Assembly (NCBI GenBank): GCA_963701855.1
Contig: CAVPBK010000006.1
Location: forward strand, 32,001 to 96,000
Source: Nitrospirota bacterium
GTDB lineage: Bacteria; Nitrospirota; Nitrospiria; Nitrospirales; Nitrospiraceae
Direction of reading: 5' to 3'
DNA: 64,000 nucleotides
Part shown: positions 58,290 to 64,000 of the stretch, piece after piece
Position numbering within the stretch: position 1 is the first letter of the stretch
How the letters are laid out: each line of letters opens with the position of its first letter
The notes under the pieces: model-generated
Databases searched by the model: none
Seen by the model: the letters and a program-made list of their open reading frames with translations, nothing else
What the model was told of the DNA's origin: nothing
Position numbers and translations under genes: made by a program

Positions 58290-58424
58290 GCAAGCGCGAA
58301 GAACAAGACTCGCGCGACGTGTGAGCCCTATCCCTGCAGTCGCGCTTTTCCCGCCAGACTTGCCCGTTTCGCTTGAGACAGACATCGACGATTGCAGCAG
58401 AAGCCTTCCTAAATAGTGCGGGCT
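58290..58424. repeat. Partial family C element (right end)
   Basis: TTGCAGCAGAAGCCTTCCTAAATAGTGCGGGCT matches the right ends of C1 and C2. Confidence 0.55.
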
Positions 58425-58447
58425 AAAGACAGGGCCCTTTCTTTCCA

Positions 58448-59554
58448 ATGCGCGACATGTCGAGCACCATACGCAAGGTGGAATTCTGGCCAGTGGATGT
58501 GCCCATCACGGACCCTTTCGTCGTCGCCACCGGCGCGCGAACAATTGCGGAAAATGTCTTTCTGCGCGTTACTCTGTCCAATGATGCACAGGGCTATGGC
58601 GAAGCAGCGCCGTTTCCTGAAGTTGGGGGAGAAACTCGTAAGAGCTGCCTTCTCGCACTCCACCAACTCGGCAAGACCGTCCTTGGTCGTTCAGCCGCAG
58701 GCTATACGGAAGTTGGGTGCTTGCTGTTTGAGCAGGCCCCCGCTTATCCAGCAGCACGTTGTGGACTTGAAACCGCCATCATTGATGCCTATTGCCATGT
58801 GGCGAATATCCCGATGTGGCAGCTTTGGGGGGGAGCGGATGTGCGAGCGCGTGAGACGGACATCACCATTCCCATCGCCGACCTCGACAAAACCGTCGCC
58901 CTCGCGCGCGGATGGTATGCGAAGGGGTTCCGCCTCTTCAAAATGAAGGTCGGCAAGGATGTCGAGAGTGATGTCCGGCGTCTGGAAGTCGTGCATCGCG
59001 CACTCCCCGGCATCTCGTTCATCGGCGATGGCAACCAAGGCTTCTCGCGCGAGGACTGTCTGACCTTTGCACAAGGGGTGAAGAACTTTGGCGGGACGAT
59101 GGTGCTGCTTGAACAGCCGGTGGTGCGGGATGACCTCGATAGCATGGAGGCGATTCGTCGAGAGACCGGCATTCCCGTTGCGGCGGATGAATCGGTCCGC
59201 TCGCTCGCAGATGCGCAAGAGGTCGTCGCCCGAAACGCGGCTGACTACATTAATATCAAGATCATGAAGACCGGCGTCGCCGAAGCAGTGGAGATCGCGT
59301 CCTTCACTAAAACATCCGGCCTCAAGTTGATGATCGGCGGGATGGTCGAAACACGCGTGGCAATGGGCTGCTCCTTCAGCCTGGTCCTGGGGCTCGGAGG
59401 CTTCGAGGTGCTTGACCTCGATACCCCGCTCTTGCTGGCCGGTGATCCTGTGACAGGTGGCTACCGATATGACGGTTCACGCCTCCAACCTTGGTCAAGA
59501 CCAGGCCTCGACATGACAACTGCCCTTTCTCCGAACGTCACCACCATCGAATAG
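58448..59554 (+). CDS. Dipeptide epimerase (L-Ala-D/L-Glu epimerase-like, enolase superfamily)
   Basis: GYGEAAP, KMKVG, DGNQG, EQP, ADES, NIKIMKTG, DLD. Confidence 0.9.
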   Translation: MRDMSSTIRKVEFWPVDVPITDPFVVATGARTIAENVFLRVTLSNDAQGYGEAAPFPEVGGETRKSCLLALHQLGKTVLGRSAAGYTEVGCLLFEQAPAYPAARCGLETAIIDAYCHVANIPMWQLWGGADVRARETDITIPIADLDKTVALARGWYAKGFRLFKMKVGKDVESDVRRLEVVHRALPGISFIGDGNQGFSREDCLTFAQGVKNFGGTMVLLEQPVVRDDLDSMEAIRRETGIPVAADESVRSLADAQEVVARNAADYINIKIMKTGVAEAVEIASFTKTSGLKLMIGGMVETRVAMGCSFSLVLGLGGFEVLDLDTPLLLAGDPVTGGYRYDGSRLQPWSRPGLDMTTALSPNVTTIE

Positions 59555-59555
59555 A

Positions 59556-59756
59556 TCACGTTGTAGCTTCGTCACACTTCTTACAGTTCAACGTCTCTCC
59601 GAGATGCTGGCTCCGGCCCTTCTCTGTCAAAACCCAGAGGCGATTTGTCATCGGTGGCTGATGGCGTACATGCTGACCATGGCCACAGTGCAGATCGGCC
59701 ACCCAATCGCCATATTCATCCATATGATAACCAACAATGGGTTGCTGCACGCACAA
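59556..59756 (-). CDS. DUF3565-like small protein
   Basis: DWVADLHCGHGQHVRHQPP..LNCKKC. Confidence 0.8.
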   Translation of the reverse strand: MCVQQPIVGYHMDEYGDWVADLHCGHGQHVRHQPPMTNRLWVLTEKGRSQHLGETLNCKKCDEATT

Positions 59757-59839
59757 GCCTCCTTCGCGTCCCCGTTATCGATTCCATAGAGGTATGCTAC
59801 ACTTGCGCGCATGTTAGCACGAACGAAGGAGCACAAGTG

Positions 59840-60736
59840 ATGGGGCAGCCTGATTCAAGAATCGGCTTCGTGGGAGTGGGACGGATGGGGGCCAACATGG
59901 CCCGACGTTTGAAGGATCGAGAGGAAACGATCGTCGCCGTATACGATCGAGATCAAGCCCTTGCCACCGGCCTTGCGACCGAGCTTGGGTGTGAGGCGGC
60001 TGCATCCGCTGCCAGGGTTGCGGAACTTGCAGGCATCATTTTCACGGTCGTGTCCGATGACTCTGCGATGCGCGAAATCTTTTCCACGACCAGCGCAGAG
60101 AATCTGCTCTTCCACTCCAAGAACCGACTCTTCATAAATTGCGCCACCCTCTCGCCGGCTGTGCACATCGAGGTCGAAACTCTCGTGATACAACACGGTG
60201 GCCAGAGCCTTGAAGCCTGCATGGCCAGCAGCATCACACAGGCACGCCAAGGCACCCTCTACCTCATGTGCGGCGGATGTCCGGATGTGTTTGAATCGGC
60301 GAAGCCGCTCTTGGAAAAACTGAGTGCGCAACTCCGCTATATCGGATCGGCAGGAGAAGCCGCAAAGGTCAAAGCCCTGGTGAACATGGTGATGAACTGC
60401 AATACGGCCGCACTCGCAGAAGGGCTTGGGCTTGGCGCATCACTTGGCTTCGATCTGACGATGTTGCGGGACATCTTCGCCCAAACAGGGGCTGCATCGC
60501 GCGTGTTAGAGACAGATGGCGAGGACATGCAGAACCGCGCCCACGACTGCTACTTTTCGGCTGCGCATGCAGCCAAGGACTCAGGCATCGCCCTGGCATT
60601 AGCGAAAACCGCCGGGCTCGCGGTCCCGTTGACTCAAGCGACACACGATCAATACCGGCGGCTAGTTGCCCTCGGCAAAGGTGAGATGGACAAGTCCGCT
60701 GTCTCTGAGCTGACGTTTAAAGATCGAAGCTCCTAG
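59840..60736 (+). CDS. NAD(P)-dependent oxidoreductase (3-hydroxyisobutyrate / 6-phosphogluconate dehydrogenase family)
   Basis: IGFVGVGRMGANMA, KVKALVN, AAKD. Confidence 0.88.
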   Translation: MGQPDSRIGFVGVGRMGANMARRLKDREETIVAVYDRDQALATGLATELGCEAAASAARVAELAGIIFTVVSDDSAMREIFSTTSAENLLFHSKNRLFINCATLSPAVHIEVETLVIQHGGQSLEACMASSITQARQGTLYLMCGGCPDVFESAKPLLEKLSAQLRYIGSAGEAAKVKALVNMVMNCNTAALAEGLGLGASLGFDLTMLRDIFAQTGAASRVLETDGEDMQNRAHDCYFSAAHAAKDSGIALALAKTAGLAVPLTQATHDQYRRLVALGKGEMDKSAVSELTFKDRSS

Positions 60737-60772
60737 CTCGTATGGTTCACGACAGTCCGTCATTCCCCGCCC

Positions 60773-61228
60773 TCACCGTTTCTCAAATGGCAGTTCAGAT
60801 CGCTGACTGGCCGGAAAGTAGGTCCAGACCTTCTGCTCATTCTCATCGAAGCTGCCAATGAAGGTCACGAAGCGATCGAGTGTGCGAAACTCAGCCAGTG
60901 TAATAGTACAGTGCGGTACATCGATGACACGAGCATCGAATTGCCCCACCACATAGAGCACACCAGCTCCCGCTTGGTAAAGATTCCGTCGGCTCGCATA
61001 CCCAGTATTGGGGAAGAGCTCAACCTCAAGGGAGCAGCTGCCAGGTCCCCTGAATACGAGATGAAGATCGTGCCGGGAGAGGAATGGATTGGTGGCGGTT
61101 CTGGTGATCGTCAGGCGCACCTGATCTGCCGAGAAGTCTACAGAGGCAGGCACCGGCACATCGTTGTTGCAGGCCGTCAGCAGCAAGAGGAGAGCAGTCA
61201 AGTATCTTGCTGGATTGGCCCCCGTCAC
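60773..61228 (-). CDS. Putative lipoprotein
   Basis: LLLLLTAC lipobox; overlaps the stop of the upstream gene. Confidence 0.7.
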   Translation of the reverse strand: MTGANPARYLTALLLLLTACNNDVPVPASVDFSADQVRLTITRTATNPFLSRHDLHLVFRGPGSCSLEVELFPNTGYASRRNLYQAGAGVLYVVGQFDARVIDVPHCTITLAEFRTLDRFVTFIGSFDENEQKVWTYFPASQRSELPFEKR

Positions 61229-61776
61229 TTGCTTGCCGGAACTTTCGAGACAGCGCCAATCGCATCAAGCCCTGCTTGAGCACAGACATCGTCGAGATGT
61301 GCCCCTGGCGCCCCACCGACGCCAATCCCTCCGACAACCTCACCTCCGATCTCGATCGGGAGTCCGCCCCCCAGCATCAGCACCTGATCGTTCATATCGC
61401 GAAGCGCTTGCAAGGTCGGCACCTTATTAATCAGCTCAGCCAGTTCAGTAGTAGGACGGCGGAGGCTGGCAGCAGTATAGGCCTTCTTCCTGCTACTATC
61501 GAGTGTATGAGACCCTGCCCCATCGGCTCGGGCCATGGCACGAAGCACGCCGGCCCGATCCACGACCGACACGCTCACTCGATAGCCATCCTTGTTGCAG
61601 ACATCCAACGATGCCTGAATTGCCTTGCCGGCCAGCGAGAGCGGCAATACCGATTCTTTCGGCAATTCATCAGAAGCCGACACCGTATAAGACATCAACA
61701 TTACGAACGCCGTTGCAATCATGAGCTGATACGCCATAGGAACAAAACGTTTACGACGCAGTTGAACGCATGCCAT
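61225..61776 (-). CDS. GlcG/HbpS-family heme-binding protein
   Basis: VSVVDRAG, KKAYTA, GGGLPI, GGIGVGGAPG..DD. Confidence 0.9.
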   Translation of the reverse strand: MACVQLRRKRFVPMAYQLMIATAFVMLMSYTVSASDELPKESVLPLSLAGKAIQASLDVCNKDGYRVSVSVVDRAGVLRAMARADGAGSHTLDSSRKKAYTAASLRRPTTELAELINKVPTLQALRDMNDQVLMLGGGLPIEIGGEVVGGIGVGGAPGAHLDDVCAQAGLDAIGAVSKVPASK

Positions 61777-61895
61777 CGGTGTGTCTCCTGATTTAGAATA
61801 GAAATAGATATAGCGTGAGGAGCCTACGAAGGAGCGAGAGAACTGTCAAGAGGACAACTTTGGACTGGGGACTATGGGAGTGGAGAGTGCGGTCG

Positions 61896-62117
61896 TCAGC
61901 TCCAGACGACGCGTTCTTGATTGAGGAGGTAATCGATCACTTCGATGCTATTACGCATCTGAATCTGCGCCTTTTCTGACATGGGGAGGACGGCACCGAC
62001 CAGCTTGCCTGACTCGACGTCATCGAGCGACGGAATTCCGTCAGGCCCACGCTTTTCCAGCTCTTGTCGGTAACTTGCCACCGTCGCCTCCTGTTTCTCT
62101 GACAGTTGGATCAGCAA
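61896..62117 (-). CDS. Hypothetical small protein
   Basis: 73-aa ORF with TAAGGA upstream; no recognisable motif. Confidence 0.45.
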   Translation of the reverse strand: MLIQLSEKQEATVASYRQELEKRGPDGIPSLDDVESGKLVGAVLPMSEKAQIQMRNSIEVIDYLLNQERVVWS

Positions 62118-62219
62118 TCCTTACGCCAGAGACTCATCATCTATCTGATACGGCGTACTGGTAGCATAGCACATGGAGATCAGTGCCCTGGGTAAAATGC
62201 CTATCATATTGATTGAAGG

Positions 62220-63275
62220 CTACTTTTCAGTCGATCGACGTGCGGAGGTCGAGGCAGGTGCGAGGGCGCCGAGGTATGGGAACTGACCAATTTTTAGAAG
62301 CGGCGTATCAAAACGTAGGCGAAAATCGTCATGCCCTGGGTCAACAAAGTAGGGGTCCCCGGTAATATCTGACTGGGCCTTGAGTTCCGGGGCCGGTTGG
62401 TTCGGATTACCCACCCGAAGATAATCACCATCTCTGTTGTAGAACGCATTGAAAGAGGTGGTAGTCTGACTGGATGGGGCGATCACAAACCCTACTCGAT
62501 TCAGCCCAACCACGTTGCCGGTGACGTTGCTCTCAGATTGCCCGAGGAACGCCGCGCCACCGCCATTTTTGACCAAGGTATTGCTTACGAGCACGGCTTG
62601 GGCACGATCGCTGACTACGACTGCTTCAAACAGACTGCGGGTAATCACGTTTCGCTCCAGCCGCACATTCGACTTGCCGGCAATCGAGACGCCATGATCG
62701 TTGTCATGGATAAAATTTCCGATGAGGACGGCTTCTGAATCGGCAAATTGAACGCCGGTCGTCTCACTTCCCCCGATAACACAATCTTCTATCCGCACAT
62801 CGTGGACTTGCTGACTGAACAATAGGCCATTGATCTTAATCCGGCGGAGAACAATCCCTTGCCCATTGAAGAGACCGACGGCGTGCCCCCCTCGGTCATT
62901 AATCGTCATGTCACTGATTTCAATGTCCGTCGCTCCATAGGGCCACTTGCCCACATGGAGAGCGCCTACCACAATATCGCGCCCCAAAATCGTCACCTGA
63001 TCCACCCCAGCCCCGACGAACTTGATCTTCTCTTTGCTGTGAATGGTCACGTCCTGAGGATAGTGGCCCGCCTTGACGAAGACGGTGTCGCCTTTCTTAG
63101 CGGCATCGACCGCTTCCTGAAGAGAGACGTAGTCCCCGCTTCCATCAAGCGAGACCACAATGGTCCGTGGGCCAAGTGCCGGCCCCTCATCGGCCCATAC
63201 CAGGCCGAAGCCCCAGAATCCAAGCGCCGCGATGAAACCTAAGATCATCACTTGTTTCATCATGCTCGAACTCAT
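62220..63275 (-). CDS. Exported right-handed parallel beta-helix (pectin lyase-like) protein
   Basis: DGSGDYVSLQEAVDAA..GDTVFVKAGHY start, Asn/Ile beta-helix repeats, DPYFVD..DFRL end. Confidence 0.85.
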   Translation of the reverse strand: MSSSMMKQVMILGFIAALGFWGFGLVWADEGPALGPRTIVVSLDGSGDYVSLQEAVDAAKKGDTVFVKAGHYPQDVTIHSKEKIKFVGAGVDQVTILGRDIVVGALHVGKWPYGATDIEISDMTINDRGGHAVGLFNGQGIVLRRIKINGLLFSQQVHDVRIEDCVIGGSETTGVQFADSEAVLIGNFIHDNDHGVSIAGKSNVRLERNVITRSLFEAVVVSDRAQAVLVSNTLVKNGGGAAFLGQSESNVTGNVVGLNRVGFVIAPSSQTTTSFNAFYNRDGDYLRVGNPNQPAPELKAQSDITGDPYFVDPGHDDFRLRFDTPLLKIGQFPYLGALAPASTSARRSTEK

Positions 63276-63346
63276 ACAAGCCTAAGCAGTTAGAAGTCAA
63301 TCGGGGTTGATTGTGAGGCAAGAGTTCGCATGATATCCTCCACGCC

Positions 63347-63949
63347 ATGATTCTAGTCGGCCTCACAGGCGGCATCGCCACCGGGAAAAGTACCGTTGCC
63401 AAGATGTTCAAGCAATGCGGCGCGGTCGTCATCGATGCCGACGAATTGACCCGTGATATTGTGTTGCCGGATAAACCTGCCTGGCGTCAGATCGTGAAAA
63501 CATTCGGTAAGACCGTCCTCCATCTTGACCACACCCTCAATCGCCGTGAGCTGGGAATCGTTGCTTTCGGAAACCGGACCAAGTTGCACCGACTTGAACA
63601 AATCATCCACCCCCGTGTAGCACGCGAACAAACCAGGCTAACGAGGCAAGCTGCACGAAATGACCCTCAAGCCGTAGTAATCTACGACGTGCCGCTCCTC
63701 TTCGAAGCCGGTGTAGACAAGCGCGTGGATAAAGTCATCGTCGTCACCGCCGACCGAGAAACACAAATCGCCCGTCTCAAGCAAAGAAACGGCCTCTCCC
63801 GCGCTGAAGCCATCCGCCGCATCCGCAGCCAAATGCCCTTGGCAAAGAAGATTCAGCGAGCGGACCATGTGCTAAGTGGAACCCTCCCTCGCCCCTCACT
63901 CCGCCGGCACGTCGGCCAGCTCCTGAAGCAACTTCGACTCCTCGCATAA
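63347..63949 (+). CDS. coaE: Dephospho-CoA kinase
   Basis: VGLTGGIATGKSTV, IDAD, LEQIIHP, DVPLLFE, RIRSQMP. Confidence 0.95.
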   Translation: MILVGLTGGIATGKSTVAKMFKQCGAVVIDADELTRDIVLPDKPAWRQIVKTFGKTVLHLDHTLNRRELGIVAFGNRTKLHRLEQIIHPRVAREQTRLTRQAARNDPQAVVIYDVPLLFEAGVDKRVDKVIVVTADRETQIARLKQRNGLSRAEAIRRIRSQMPLAKKIQRADHVLSGTLPRPSLRRHVGQLLKQLRLLA

Positions 63950-64000
63950 GACCCAACCCTCTGCCGTGCATTCCCTCAACCCCTTGTGTTAAATTTTTGC

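Noticed and set aside
527..58424. Dispersed repeats as a CRISPR array
   Set aside because: No regularly spaced identical direct repeats with unique spacers, and no cas genes.

Overview
Bacterial chromosomal window, most consistent with a Nitrospira-like organism (inferred from gene content such as DUF3015, and from repeat style). It holds about 58 CDS: thiD, prmA, a MutS-like ATPase, a sigma54 activator followed by a lipoprotein array, an aas-type fusion, an ECF sigma pair, a ParE-type toxin-antitoxin module, Lhr helicase, a CCA-adding enzyme, an orphan bcsA-bcsS-like pair and coaE. There is one intact IS3-family element and two decayed pseudogenes (MFS, radical SAM). I found no rRNA, full tRNA or CRISPR array. 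The most unusual signals are non-coding. (1) About 20 copies of interrelated palindromic elements (families A, B, C) have stems that differ between copies yet stay complementary. They carry swappable internal modules, sit on stop codons and sometimes supply protein C-termini. (2) A single gene is bracketed by two directly repeated 11-6-11 sites sharing a GGGTCG spacer, like a recombinase-mobilised cassette. (3) Heptamer microsatellite blocks are inserted in frame at several places in lhr. (4) An att-like remnant is split by the IS3. Five isolated +1 frameshifts in otherwise intact genes look like sequencing or assembly errors.
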